Of a stretch of DNA of 64,000 nucleotides, positions 45,272 to 55,447 are shown piece by piece; position 1 is the stretch's first letter; every line of letters starts with the position of its first letter. Made by a program: the position numbers and the translations under genes. Below the pieces are notes generated by a model. The model worked only from the letters and a program-made list of their open reading frames with translations. It was not told the origin of the DNA and searched no databases. Source of the stretch: a virus; IMG/VR virus record IMGVR_UViG_3300043570_004127, positions 96,001 through 160,000 of that record; one strand, written 5' to 3'.

Positions 45272-46075
45272 CTACTTAAACCTCGGAGGGAAGTATGGAG
45301 GAAAGAACGGAGGAAAAAATGGCGGGAAAAATGGTGGGAAAAATGGCGGGAAATAAGGTGGGAAAAATGGCGGGAAGAAGGGTGGGAAGTATGGCGGGAA
45401 AAACGGTGGAAAAAATGGCGGGAAGTAAGGTGGAAAAAACGGTGGGAAAAACGGCGGAAAGTAGGGCGGAAAGAATGGCGGAAAGAATGGCGGGAAGTAA
45501 GGTGGAGCTACTGGGGTAACCGAGTTTGATGCTGCAGAAGTCGCAGTGCCGAAGGCGGTCGACGCAGTCACAGTAAACGTATAGGAGGTGCCGTTAGTAA
45601 GGCCGGAGACGGTGATAGGAGACGTTCCAGTGCCCGTAAGCCCTCCAGGCGATGAAGTGGCCGTATAAGTCGGAGAACCCGTCCCTGTGGCTCCTGCGGT
45701 GTATGCAACGGTTGCCGAGGCATTACCGCCAGTCGCAGTACCAATTGTTGGTGCGGATGGACCAACACCCATGACAAGCGAAGAACTCACTTCGGATGAA
45801 TCTGACTCAACTCCGGTTGACGAAATTGCTACAACAGTGAACGTTCTTGTTGTTCCTGCTGTCATTCCACTTACTACGATTGGGCTGGAATTTCCAGTGG
45901 CTGTTTGACCAGAGTCTGAGGTCGCCCTATAGGTTACGGTTCCCTTGCCTATATAGCTAGATGCGGTAAAAACAACGCTTGCCGATGTTCCTGTAGCGAG
46001 CAGCGGCGTACCAATCGTTGGCGCTGTAGGTTTCTTGCCTCCAGAATCGACTTGTTTGTTGCTTGAAACGGCCAT
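45272..46075 (-). CDS. FN3-domain protein with a C-terminal (PP[F/Y]F)x19 repeat tail
   Basis: Two FN3-like domains (SPI.VSGLTNGTSYTFTV), then 19 PPxF units. Confidence 0.85.
   Translation of the reverse strand: MAVSSNKQVDSGGKKPTAPTIGTPLLATGTSASVVFTASSYIGKGTVTYRATSDSGQTATGNSSPIVVSGMTAGTTRTFTVVAISSTGVESDSSEVSSSLVMGVGPSAPTIGTATGGNASATVAYTAGATGTGSPTYTATSSPGGLTGTGTSPITVSGLTNGTSYTFTVTASTAFGTATSAASNSVTPVAPPYFPPFFPPFFPPYFPPFFPPFFPPYFPPFFPPFFPPYFPPFFPPFFPPYFPPFFPPFFPPFFPPFFPPYFPPRFK
45278..45505 (-). repeat. 19 x 12-bp coding repeat (PPFF x12, PPYF x6, PPRF x1) with varied codons
   Basis: Counted directly from the sequence. Confidence 0.95.
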
Positions 46076-46078
46076 AAG

Positions 46079-46858
46079 TTATGTAGCTGAAAGGTCTCCC
46101 GTTGCCACCCATGTATCTGATGCTCTTTTTAGAAGCGTAACACCTGACCACTGAGCGCGCAGATAAACACCTGGAGTTGCGTTCACGGTGACACCAGCGC
46201 CTGCAAGGATTCTCGTCTTGCCAGTTCCTGTTTGAAGAACCTGTATTTGGCTACCGATTGGGAAAGCCACCGACGAGTTTGGAGGTACTGTCAAGTCATT
46301 CGCAGAACCAACACCCATTTCAACAATCTTATTTTTGTCGGCAAGTACAAGTGTGTAGCTTGCGGCTTGCGCGTTTGTCAAGATATCTGCAATTTTTCCC
46401 TGAGCAATATTTGCAGAAGAGCTTATGTCCCCGTCAACAATTGTTGAGTCAGCAATCATTGCCGACGTAATTGTCCCAGAGTCCGTAAGCGTTACTGCTG
46501 TTCCAGCAATCTTTGTTTTGTCAATGGCAGCAGAGGCGTTTACATCGGCGTTGACTATGACACCAGAGCTAATTGCCGCAACACCCGAAGAGTTGATTAC
46601 CACATCACCTGTTGAGTCAACCGCAGTTGCTACTCCAGAGCCATTAAAAACTATTATCTGGCCTGCCGTAGCGTTGAATATTTTTTGCAACCCAACTGTT
46701 CCATCAACAAGAGTAGAGCCACTTATTGAATCAGTTGTGTACATGGCTGTTGGGATAGTTACTAAAATCCAACCAGAACCGTTATACGTCCAAGTCTTAC
46801 CGGCACTTGAGTGCTGGTCGCCGGATTGAGCACCCGATGGGAAGTCAATCGCTGCCAT
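46079..46858 (-). CDS. Short fibre/adaptor protein with a C-terminal docking module
   Basis: N-terminus IDFPS..GD...GKTWTYNG.W; C-terminus YTLVLADKNKIV...VPPNSSVAFPIG...WVATGDL. Confidence 0.7.
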   Translation of the reverse strand: MAAIDFPSGAQSGDQHSSAGKTWTYNGSGWILVTIPTAMYTTDSISGSTLVDGTVGLQKIFNATAGQIIVFNGSGVATAVDSTGDVVINSSGVAAISSGVIVNADVNASAAIDKTKIAGTAVTLTDSGTITSAMIADSTIVDGDISSSANIAQGKIADILTNAQAASYTLVLADKNKIVEMGVGSANDLTVPPNSSVAFPIGSQIQVLQTGTGKTRILAGAGVTVNATPGVYLRAQWSGVTLLKRASDTWVATGDLSAT

Positions 46859-46860
46859 GA

Positions 46861-49617
46861 TTAAGCCTGTGCTTCAGTCCATGAAAGACGAGCAAACACG
46901 TTTACCGAAGCAGAACCAAGGTTACGTACGAGCACGTGAACCACGTCTGGACCATCTGGGAAGATGCCGGTCGTAGTTGCTGTGCCGCCGCCACCAAGAA
47001 CCGAGTTACCAAGGTCTCGAACTGCTCCGAGGTCAATTGAGTTTGCACCAGTTCCTACAAAGAAACCACCAGTCACTTCACCGCCAGAGACGGTTGTTGT
47101 TGTACCGCCGTAGTCGGCCACTTGAGCAAGTGACGAAGTAACCGTGTATGGCTTGGCCCAAGTTTTTCCTGAAGATGGAACGCCATTAAGTACGGCTGTA
47201 ATCAACAAGTTTGCCGAAGACGTAGTTGTGGTTACGTCCAATGCTCGTAGAACCAACTGCATTCTGTTGATAAGTTCTCTTTCACCAAATCCTGCAGAAG
47301 TACCGTTATCCGCAGAAGGAGCAACTCTGATTGCAAGCAGGGCATTGGTTGCTCCTGCAGCCACAGAAACGGCAGAGGTTGAACCATACGTAAACACGAG
47401 CGACTTATCGTCGTCGTATAGTCCGTCCATAATTGCTGAAGTACCCCAGTGAGAAATCGATGGAGCATATGTTGGGAATGCAAGTTCAACACCGATTGGG
47501 TTTGTTGCTGAGTAAGTCCAAGACAGCGCGGCGTTTGTACCCATTGGGACAACGTTTACGGTTGGGTTTGCACCAGTGACAGCGGCACTCAGCTTGATGT
47601 TGGTGCCGTCAATTTGCTGAATGAATGTTCCGTCTGGAACATCTGTTCCGTTCACTCTTTGTCCAACCTGAAGGCCGGCCGCAGAAGCAACAGTTCCATC
47701 GTTTGACCCAGCAGCAATTGTCAAGGCAAGCGAAGCGTTGCCTGTTTGCTGTCTTGTCAATCCAGTGAATGTAGTTGCTGTTTTGCCGGTGTAGTTAACA
47801 TACTCCCAACCATGTGTTTGGTTGAAACACGCAAGCGTTCCCGAGTTTGGAAACCCTGTTGTGCTGTTTACGGTCATGGTCGTTTCAATGTTTGAAAGCG
47901 ATGCTGCCATATATGTAAACGGCGGGTTTGATGTAGTTTCGTATCGTGCTGGAAGGTTTCCTGAACGCATGTACGCTTCAGAGTTGATGTTGTTATTAGA
48001 AATCTTGTGACAGTAAGTTACTTTGCCATTTGTTGCACGCATACCCCAGCGAATAGCGCCAGCACCGTACCAAGAGTAGTCAATGTAAAACATTTGCATC
48101 TTGGAAAGGTCAACGTTGTAACCAGATGCTCCGGTTCCATCAAACTTGTCCAAGTTCCACTCAGACTGAGGGTATCTTTCATCTACCGTTCTTGAGCAGA
48201 TTACATATGAAGTTGTAGCTCCGCGATACGCAGGACTTATTGTCATCGACGTATCGCTTGCTATATCTGTAATTCTGTAAGAAGACCCACGGAGTACGAT
48301 TCTGTCTCCGATGTTTAGCTGCTTTGAAAATCTTGTTGGAAACGCGGCATTTGTTTGAGTGATGGTGCACGAACCATTAGTCGCTGTTACTTTTCCAGAG
48401 ATTTGGAAAGTTGATGAGCGCTTAACTGCATAAAGCGTTTGACCATCAAACTCAAAGAACACTCCGTTTTGGTCATCAAACAATCCGAGTCGGTTTTCAT
48501 TGCCGTACCATCCGGTTACGGTTATGTAATAAGGGCCAGAAGCAGTTGCTGCGGATGGAGTCGATTCCGGCGTGTACGTAAAAGTGTTGTAACCAGTAAT
48601 TGTGTAAACGTTAAATGTTCCGTTGTATCCAGTTTCAGTTGCACCGTAAGTAACGATTACCGAACCTGGATAAAGGTTGTGCTTTTCTTTTGTCTGAACA
48701 GTCACCAATCCAGTTCCTGATGAATAAGTGAGCGAGTCAACCTGAAGGGCTGGCTTCAACAGTGTTCCAGACGACATCTGAATTCCCTTACCTGACTGGT
48801 AACGGAAGTAACGACGCGTTTGACGAACTGCTGTTTCATAGTTTGATGTGCCGTTATTCGTAAAGATAACACCGCCGTCAAATGGTCTGTGTAAAAATTG
48901 ACCAGACGGAACAACATATACAGCAGCAGAAGTGGCCGTCAGTGTTCCTGTTGGCGTTGCTGGGACATAAACAACGAATTGCGTGGCGCTGATTATTCTT
49001 GCAACAAAGTTTGAACCGTTTGGAGGGTTTGTTCCAGATGTGGTTATACCCGTAATTGCAACTTCGTTACCAATCGACAAACCGTGAGGAATTGTCGTTG
49101 TTACGGAAACTGCGTTTCCTGTATAAGAAACAGTTGGAGCCCCACCAATTGCAGCACCAGCAAAAAGACTACCAGTAAAAATGATTGTCTTGTTTGCGTC
49201 AAGGATTGATGTAACTGAGCCCGTGTTTACGGCTTTGCCAGTGTATGTAAACGATGTGTTTGAAGTAACAGACTCGACCAAGTAGTTTCCGTTAGCAATT
49301 GCAAGGTATGTGTCTCTTACCGAAATCGGAGTTCCAACAGCAATACCAGTAGTGCTTGGAAGCGATACGGTAACAGTCCTTGACGATGTGCTCATCGTGA
49401 TTCCTGTTATACCCGAAATCGGGGAAGCAGTGTCATACACGAATGGGCGTGCTCCAACGTTCGTATGGTTTTCCCACTTGGAAATCTGGGTACCATATTC
49501 AAAGTCGGTGTCAATCAGCGCCTGTGGCTGAGAGATGCGCAACTTTTGGACTGGGTCAATCAGCACCTCCTCAGGTGTTATTGGTGTCAGACCTGCAGGG
49601 ATTTGGTTAGCTGCCAT
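46861..49617 (-). CDS. Large virion structural / fibre protein (918 aa)
   Basis: KLRISQPQALIDTDFEYG, RQTRRYFRYQSGK, IDYSWYGAG..RWG, and repeated HGL.xG.V.I.G beta modules. Confidence 0.7.
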   Translation of the reverse strand: MAANQIPAGLTPITPEEVLIDPVQKLRISQPQALIDTDFEYGTQISKWENHTNVGARPFVYDTASPISGITGITMSTSSRTVTVSLPSTTGIAVGTPISVRDTYLAIANGNYLVESVTSNTSFTYTGKAVNTGSVTSILDANKTIIFTGSLFAGAAIGGAPTVSYTGNAVSVTTTIPHGLSIGNEVAITGITTSGTNPPNGSNFVARIISATQFVVYVPATPTGTLTATSAAVYVVPSGQFLHRPFDGGVIFTNNGTSNYETAVRQTRRYFRYQSGKGIQMSSGTLLKPALQVDSLTYSSGTGLVTVQTKEKHNLYPGSVIVTYGATETGYNGTFNVYTITGYNTFTYTPESTPSAATASGPYYITVTGWYGNENRLGLFDDQNGVFFEFDGQTLYAVKRSSTFQISGKVTATNGSCTITQTNAAFPTRFSKQLNIGDRIVLRGSSYRITDIASDTSMTISPAYRGATTSYVICSRTVDERYPQSEWNLDKFDGTGASGYNVDLSKMQMFYIDYSWYGAGAIRWGMRATNGKVTYCHKISNNNINSEAYMRSGNLPARYETTSNPPFTYMAASLSNIETTMTVNSTTGFPNSGTLACFNQTHGWEYVNYTGKTATTFTGLTRQQTGNASLALTIAAGSNDGTVASAAGLQVGQRVNGTDVPDGTFIQQIDGTNIKLSAAVTGANPTVNVVPMGTNAALSWTYSATNPIGVELAFPTYAPSISHWGTSAIMDGLYDDDKSLVFTYGSTSAVSVAAGATNALLAIRVAPSADNGTSAGFGERELINRMQLVLRALDVTTTTSSANLLITAVLNGVPSSGKTWAKPYTVTSSLAQVADYGGTTTTVSGGEVTGGFFVGTGANSIDLGAVRDLGNSVLGGGGTATTTGIFPDGPDVVHVLVRNLGSASVNVFARLSWTEAQA

Positions 49618-49922
49618 TATGCAATCTCCATTCCACTGATGTGGAAGCTGATAGAGGTGGCATTGGCGCCACCTTTAATTGTTTTTGTTGTAGCCAAAAC
49701 CTGTTTGATATCAAGAGTAAAAATACCCTTTGCTGGAACCACTACGGCAGATGCAAGTGCGACATCATCAAGTGAAAGCGTAAAAGTACCATCCGTAGCA
49801 GCAGTGTTTGTGACAATTATGTTTGTCACAATCGTCGAAGTTGAGGATGGCACGGTATATAGAATCGTGCTAGTAGTCGTAGTAGCCGCACCCCTAAATA
49901 ATGCTTTAGCTGAATTAGCCAT
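49617..49922 (-). CDS. Small virion structural protein
   Basis: LYTVPSST.TIV.NI.V.N beta-sandwich type, coupled to the 918-aa gene. Confidence 0.65.
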   Translation of the reverse strand: MANSAKALFRGAATTTTSTILYTVPSSTSTIVTNIIVTNTAATDGTFTLSLDDVALASAVVVPAKGIFTLDIKQVLATTKTIKGGANATSISFHISGMEIA

Positions 49923-49938
49923 TGATTTCTCCAGTCAT

Positions 49939-52900
49939 TTAATACGCTCCCATGATAGACGCAATTTCCACGTCGCTAGTGTTAGTCGAGCTGTTAACAA
50001 GAATCCAAGCACCGTCATAGTAAACAAACATTTCATTAGTCGTGCTCTTGAACCACATCTGGCCGTCTGCAGCGTTCGCTGGAGCGGCATCCTGGGTCAC
50101 AGCACCGATACCAGAAGCACCAATTTCAATCCAGTACGAGTCGTAGTAGACGAATGTAACTGCAGAATCTGACTCAAACCAAAAATCTCCGGTCGATGGC
50201 GATGGCGGAGCAGTAGTGCTGACCGTCATTGTTGCGCCAGCAGCTATTTCTGTGTAGTTTGTACCGTCGGATGTAGCTTCCCATCGGTCTATTGATTCAT
50301 TCCATCTAATGTCAACGTTTGGCTCGGTGCCTCTTTCGACAACAACTCCCGCATTTAGCGTTGGGGAACTAGTCACATTTGAGTTAAGCGTAATAATACT
50401 GTCGGCAACGTTCAGGTTTGCCTGACTTGTCGAAGTCTGACTACCAGTAACAACTAGGTTGTCAACCGTTATTGTGTTAAAAGTTACCGAGGATGAAGTT
50501 GCAACGTTTTGCCCAATGGAAATAGTAGGAGTTGCACCTTCGCCAGCGTTGTCTGTGATTGTTACACCAGTACCCTGTACCAGGTTTGCTACGTAACTAC
50601 CAGTTGTATCCGTTCCCAGAGCAACAGAGTCTGCAGCGATTGTCGCAGTAAGCGTTGCGTTTCCAAGATTAGTGAAAGTAACGGAACCACTCAAGTCTCC
50701 ACCGAGTGTGAGTATCGGCGAAATACCTGTAATCGTTGGACTTGTGAGAGTCTTATTCGTAAGTGTATCGGTTGTGTCTGTTCCGACGAGTTGGGTCGTG
50801 GCGTTTGGAAGAGAAATGATTCTGTCTGCGGTTGGGTCAATTGCAACAATCGTTGTCTCATAAGAGTCAGCAGTGGAACCCTCAAAAGTTATTGCACCAG
50901 CAACATACACCAAGAATGAACCTGAAGCATTGTTTGCTGCCGGCCCAACAGTTGGTTCGTATGTAAAAGTCGTGGAGTCTGGAACAGAGGTGATTGAATA
51001 AGTTCCGTTATATCCAGTTTGTGTTGCTCCGGAAACCGTTATTCTTGCGCCAACAGACAGACCGTGACCAACTGCTGTTACGGTTGCAAGTCCGGTTATG
51101 CCGCTATAGGCAATTCCTGTTGCGTTGACTTGCGCATTACCGATACTCATGTTTGCAAATGTCGGAGAATCTGTTGTTCCGATTGCTTGACCGATATTGA
51201 TTGTTGGGTTACCAGCTTCGGCAGCTGTTCCGTTTGTTAGAGAAACACCTGTTCCGGCATTGATTGAAGATACAAAGTTTCCGCTTGTGTCTGTTGATAA
51301 ATCGATTACATCTGGTACCCAAGCAGAACCATTCCATTTCAAGAACTCGCCCGATGCTGGAGATGGAGCGGTTACGTCTGAAAGCGCATCTAGACCATGA
51401 GTGCCTATTGAGGTTACGGTTCCAGAACTACCAGTTACATCTCCAAAAACATTTCCAGTCAGTGTTCCAGTTACGTTTCCTGCGACGTTTCCGGTTAGGT
51501 TTCCAGTTACGTTTCCATTTACGTCTCCGAACAATGTCGAGGTGACTCTTGCGAAAGTTACTGAGGCGTTAGTCCCAACGTCCTGACCAATTGAAATGGT
51601 CGGTACCGATGATGGACCAGTTCCGCTAGATACCGTAAGGCCTGTTCCAGCAACGAGTGAAGAAACATAGTCACCACTGGTGTCACTGCCAAGTGTGACT
51701 GCGTTTGGTGCGACTACTGCGTTTATGACAACATCTTGGGAGCCGTTAAACGTTACAGAGCCGCTCATGTCCCCTGTCAAACCAATTGAGCGACCAACAT
51801 AAAGAGTGTTGGCTGTTGAGGCGTTTCCTGTTAGCTCTGCAGTAATTCCTCCAGCGACAAAGTTTCCACTTCCATCGCGCATAACAATTGTGCTTGCCGT
51901 GTTATTTGGTGTTGCGTTAGAACCAACAGATACGTTTGCACCCTCGCCAGTTCCAGAAACTGTAATTCCCGTACCGACCGAAGCGGAAACGCTTTGTACG
52001 TAATCTCCAGTTGTGTTTGTACCTAATGGAATTAAAACATTATTTGTTGTAATACCAAGTACGCGACCATATCCGTCTATGCTCACAGCCTCTATGAAGT
52101 TGGACGAACCAGATACAGACGAGCTATTTGACTGAGCAATTGATGGGAGAGCAAGAACATTTTCTGTTATCTCCAAACCATTACCTGGCACCAGTACGGC
52201 CTTGCCGCTTACCTGTGACCAAACAATAGGCTCGGTGCCAACAACGTGCACCATTTCTTCTAGTTCGTTTAGGTATACACTGCCGAAAGATGTAAGAGCA
52301 AAAGTTTGCAACATGTTAACGTCGCCAGTTGCCACTCTTACTGATTTTCCGTACGTGACTTGACCGAATGTTGAGTTATCAAAGTCAACTGCTCTTGTCA
52401 ACTCCCATGTCGAAGTTGAGGTACCGGCTGCTGTGACTTTGTAAATTCCGTTATGGATGTTATTAGCTTGGTCTTTAATTAAGACGCGATAATTCAACGA
52501 TGCTGGTGCTCCGTCGATAGAAAGAACGCCGTTAGTTGTTGCTGTAAGTTTTGCTCCAACGCCAGTTCCGCCGTTTTTATCAGCGCTTCCATCGGTGTAT
52601 GTTGGAGAATTTGTGAGGGGTCCTGTTGTTGCCGCGTATACGTCGTTGTGCCACAGCTGTTGCCTCAATTTTGTTACTACTGTTGCCGTTGTCTCGACTG
52701 GTGAGTAAACGGAACCATCGTTTGTAAGTTCCCATACATCGGATGTTTCGTTGTATTGGAGCAGAACATTTGCTGATGTTCCACGCTCAATCTCAATACC
52801 GGCATTTTGAGATGGGGCTCCAGTTTCATCGTTATTGAGAGTGATGATGTTGTCGCCAATTTCCAAATTGGTTGTGTTCACATAGGAAACCGAACCAGAT

Positions 52901-54069
52901 ACAGTCAATGTTCCAGTAACAACCAAGTTGTCATCAACGGTTGTTGTTCCCCCACTTGAATTAAGTGTCAAACCACCGGATGTAGTGTCAATTGTGTTTG
53001 CATCTGTGACACCAACTCTTATTGCATCGAGATATGCTCCGGCAAATGTTGGGCTATCTGCAGTTGAAACAGCTTGACCAATGGATATTGTTGCGTTTGA
53101 ACCTTCACCTGGGGTGTGACTTATTGTTATACCGGTGCCACCGGTTACTTCTGTCATGTAGTTTCCGGTTGTATCGGTTCCTAGTGCTACAGAGTTTGGC
53201 TGAACGGCGGTGGTTATGGACACATCGCCAGAACCGTCAAACGCAACAGAGCCAGCAATATCGCCAGTGAGAGATATTGTTCTTGATGTCTGAAGAGCCG
53301 CAGCAGTCGAAGCGTTTCCTGTGAGATTTCCTGTTACGTCTCCAAGCACATGAGCGAATTGCACTGATGATGAAGTTCCGACTGCTTGTCCAATTGCGAT
53401 AGTAGGTGATGCTGATTCTCCGGAATTATTCGAAAGAGTTACACCGGTTCCAGCAACAAGTGAGGTCACATAGTCACCAGTTGTATCGGTGCCTAGGGTT
53501 ACAGAGTTAGGCTGAACGGTTGCCGTAATGTTTATGTTCTGTGAACCATCAAAAGATGCAGAACCAGCGACATCACCGCTGACTTCGATTGTTCGCGCAG
53601 TTTGCAAAGCACTTGCCGTGCTTGCGTTGCCAACAACCCCTGCGGTGACAGCAGCAAACGTGACCGACGAAGAAGTCCCAACGGCCTGGCCAATTTCAAT
53701 GGTCGGTGTAGCTTTCTCACCAGAGTTGTTGGTTAGTGTTACACCAGTTCCAGCGACAAGGTTCTGAACAAAGCTGCCTACAGTGTCATCCCCAAGGTTT
53801 ATTGGGTCATTTATCCAGGCGGTTCCGTTCCAGCGGAGGTAGTCACCGTTTTGTGCACTCGTTATGACTACGTCACCAAGCGCATCAAGGCTTGCGTTGT
53901 CAATACTTCCATAAAAATAAGGAAGGACATTCCATTGTGACGAACCATTTCCGAGCTTTATCTTGTTGGTGTTGGTTTCTAGACCGATTTCACCACCAGC
54001 GAGAACCGGGTTAGAGCTAGCCCAGTTCGTAGACGTGTCGCGACGGAAAAGAATTTTTTTATAAGCCAT
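49939..54069 (-). CDS. Long tail fibre with an Mtd_N/hyaluronidase-like N-terminus
   Basis: FRRDT..NW...NPVL..GE.GLETNT.KIK.GNG...W..LPY, LGTDTTG repeats, C-terminal GDxW repeats. Confidence 0.8.
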   Translation of the reverse strand: MAYKKILFRRDTSTNWASSNPVLAGGEIGLETNTNKIKLGNGSSQWNVLPYFYGSIDNASLDALGDVVITSAQNGDYLRWNGTAWINDPINLGDDTVGSFVQNLVAGTGVTLTNNSGEKATPTIEIGQAVGTSSSVTFAAVTAGVVGNASTASALQTARTIEVSGDVAGSASFDGSQNINITATVQPNSVTLGTDTTGDYVTSLVAGTGVTLSNNSGESASPTIAIGQAVGTSSSVQFAHVLGDVTGNLTGNASTAAALQTSRTISLTGDIAGSVAFDGSGDVSITTAVQPNSVALGTDTTGNYMTEVTGGTGITISHTPGEGSNATISIGQAVSTADSPTFAGAYLDAIRVGVTDANTIDTTSGGLTLNSSGGTTTVDDNLVVTGTLTVSGSVSYVNTTNLEIGDNIITLNNDETGAPSQNAGIEIERGTSANVLLQYNETSDVWELTNDGSVYSPVETTATVVTKLRQQLWHNDVYAATTGPLTNSPTYTDGSADKNGGTGVGAKLTATTNGVLSIDGAPASLNYRVLIKDQANNIHNGIYKVTAAGTSTSTWELTRAVDFDNSTFGQVTYGKSVRVATGDVNMLQTFALTSFGSVYLNELEEMVHVVGTEPIVWSQVSGKAVLVPGNGLEITENVLALPSIAQSNSSSVSGSSNFIEAVSIDGYGRVLGITTNNVLIPLGTNTTGDYVQSVSASVGTGITVSGTGEGANVSVGSNATPNNTASTIVMRDGSGNFVAGGITAELTGNASTANTLYVGRSIGLTGDMSGSVTFNGSQDVVINAVVAPNAVTLGSDTSGDYVSSLVAGTGLTVSSGTGPSSVPTISIGQDVGTNASVTFARVTSTLFGDVNGNVTGNLTGNVAGNVTGTLTGNVFGDVTGSSGTVTSIGTHGLDALSDVTAPSPASGEFLKWNGSAWVPDVIDLSTDTSGNFVSSINAGTGVSLTNGTAAEAGNPTINIGQAIGTTDSPTFANMSIGNAQVNATGIAYSGITGLATVTAVGHGLSVGARITVSGATQTGYNGTYSITSVPDSTTFTYEPTVGPAANNASGSFLVYVAGAITFEGSTADSYETTIVAIDPTADRIISLPNATTQLVGTDTTDTLTNKTLTSPTITGISPILTLGGDLSGSVTFTNLGNATLTATIAADSVALGTDTTGSYVANLVQGTGVTITDNAGEGATPTISIGQNVATSSSVTFNTITVDNLVVTGSQTSTSQANLNVADSIITLNSNVTSSPTLNAGVVVERGTEPNVDIRWNESIDRWEATSDGTNYTEIAAGATMTVSTTAPPSPSTGDFWFESDSAVTFVYYDSYWIEIGASGIGAVTQDAAPANAADGQMWFKSTTNEMFVYYDGAWILVNSSTNTSDVEIASIMGAY

Positions 54070-54251
54070 TAAGCATCGCCTCCGTCAGCAACTAATTCTT
54101 CGTTCGATACATTCAATTCAATGTTTGCGAACCCACCGTCAATTATCGCAGATTTAAACCTCTGCCAACGGAACCCGTTCCAACTCCAAGATTTACCCGC
54201 AACAAAAAACTTGTCATTTGTTGACGGAGAAACAGGGAAAACAATTGGCAT
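54069..54251 (-). CDS. 60-aa adaptor-like mini-protein
   Basis: N-terminus resembles that of 46079-46858 (FP.SP...GKSW.WNG.W); two DGG motifs; leaderless -10. Confidence 0.6.
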   Translation of the reverse strand: MPIVFPVSPSTNDKFFVAGKSWSWNGFRWQRFKSAIIDGGFANIELNVSNEELVADGGDA

Positions 54252-54314
54252 GAGGCCAATTATCTCACAAGACAGTCTTTTATGGACACTAGTCTGTTGT
54301 TTTCCGTTAGCTTT

Positions 54315-54902
54315 TTACCACCAATTAGCAATGGAGTACTTGGTGCCGCTTATTACTGGTTTTGCTTCATGCCTGAATGGTGCTCCAGATGGGAAAATTA
54401 CAACATCCCCGGCTACCGGCTCATAAGTAAAATTTAAATCCTGAAAATATAACTCTCCGCCTTCATAGTCGTCATTGAGGTAAGCAACTGCCGAGGCATA
54501 ACGTCTGGTTCTTTCACCATTGTCTAGATGGGATACATAGTGCTCGCCAATTGAGTATTTCAAGATTTGGTAACCAAGTGTTGAGTTGGATTTAATGCTA
54601 AGACCAAATTTGTTATTAAAGTGCTGCAGGCATGGCAGAACGCATTCGTGGATTTTGTTTGCCAGCATGACCTCTGCGGATGACTCATCGCCTTTCTGGG
54701 TCGGCGCTGGGGTGAACATTAGTTGGTTTGTCCTTACATCAGATATAAATACTTTGCCTTCGGTGTCGATAACCGTTGATTGACTCCAGTCGCCCTTGCT
54801 GTCTGTGGAAATATTTAATAATTCTGAAGCTTCTATTATCTCAAAAGGGTAAGCGATTGCGTTCCTGTAAATACATACACCATTGACATTGATGTGCTTC
54901 AT
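54315..54902 (-). CDS. 2OG-Fe(II) dioxygenase (prolyl-4-hydroxylase-like)
   Basis: YQILKY..G.HY..HLD...YLNDDYEGGELYF...FPS..PF.HEA.PV..GTKYS. Confidence 0.9.
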   Translation of the reverse strand: MKHINVNGVCIYRNAIAYPFEIIEASELLNISTDSKGDWSQSTVIDTEGKVFISDVRTNQLMFTPAPTQKGDESSAEVMLANKIHECVLPCLQHFNNKFGLSIKSNSTLGYQILKYSIGEHYVSHLDNGERTRRYASAVAYLNDDYEGGELYFQDLNFTYEPVAGDVVIFPSGAPFRHEAKPVISGTKYSIANWW

Positions 54903-54970
54903 TTTAGAACTCCGCTATCTCTACTGGTGCTACAAGTTATTTGAAAAACAATGTAGCTTGCAGACCAACC

Positions 54971-55435
54971 TTAAACCTCGTTGTTGCTTTGTGTTCTGCT
55001 TTCAATTGCCGTCTTTGCAAACTTATTAACAAAATTTGCTGCTGATTCAGTTGTTTTCAACTCTGACCAACTATCGCTAAATGAAAATTGACGCTGATAT
55101 TCTTGTTCATAATCTGCGACTATCAAGCCAACGAGCCTGGTCATCACTCCTTCTCGCTGATGGTCTGGATGGGTCATGGCCACCCATGGCTTTCTGATTC
55201 CATCCATCATGTAGTCGATGTACACACCAACTAGCAGTCCGTCATCATTTCTAAGCATGTTAAAAGTAAATGGCATCGCATAACCAGGGTTTATTGATGG
55301 CCAAATAAATTCCCTTACCATCTTGCTGAATCCTGGTTCCCCATATTCTCCAACAAGGTTTTCCATGGTAAGCCAGTCTGCAAAGTGGTCAAACTCCGCT
55401 TTAGGTGATATGTCTTGCCAATTATCATCACTCAT
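54971..55435 (-). CDS. GNAT-like acetyltransferase fold protein
   Basis: THPDHQREGVMTRL resembles GNAT motif A (V.P..R..G). Confidence 0.55.
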   Translation of the reverse strand: MSDDNWQDISPKAEFDHFADWLTMENLVGEYGEPGFSKMVREFIWPSINPGYAMPFTFNMLRNDDGLLVGVYIDYMMDGIRKPWVAMTHPDHQREGVMTRLVGLIVADYEQEYQRQFSFSDSWSELKTTESAANFVNKFAKTAIESRTQSNNEV

Positions 55436-55447
55436 GATTAAACCTTA

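Noticed and set aside
45278-45505. Repeat arrays (also 27060-28135 and 55505-55585) as CRISPR or non-coding repeats
   Set aside because: They are in-frame coding repeats with synonymous variation and no spacers.
742-50172. Long antisense or alternate-frame ORFs (e.g. 742-1347, 13926-14558, 15930-16622, 23791-24435, 49465-50172)
   Set aside because: They are shadows of well-supported genes on the opposite strand and have no recognisable motifs.
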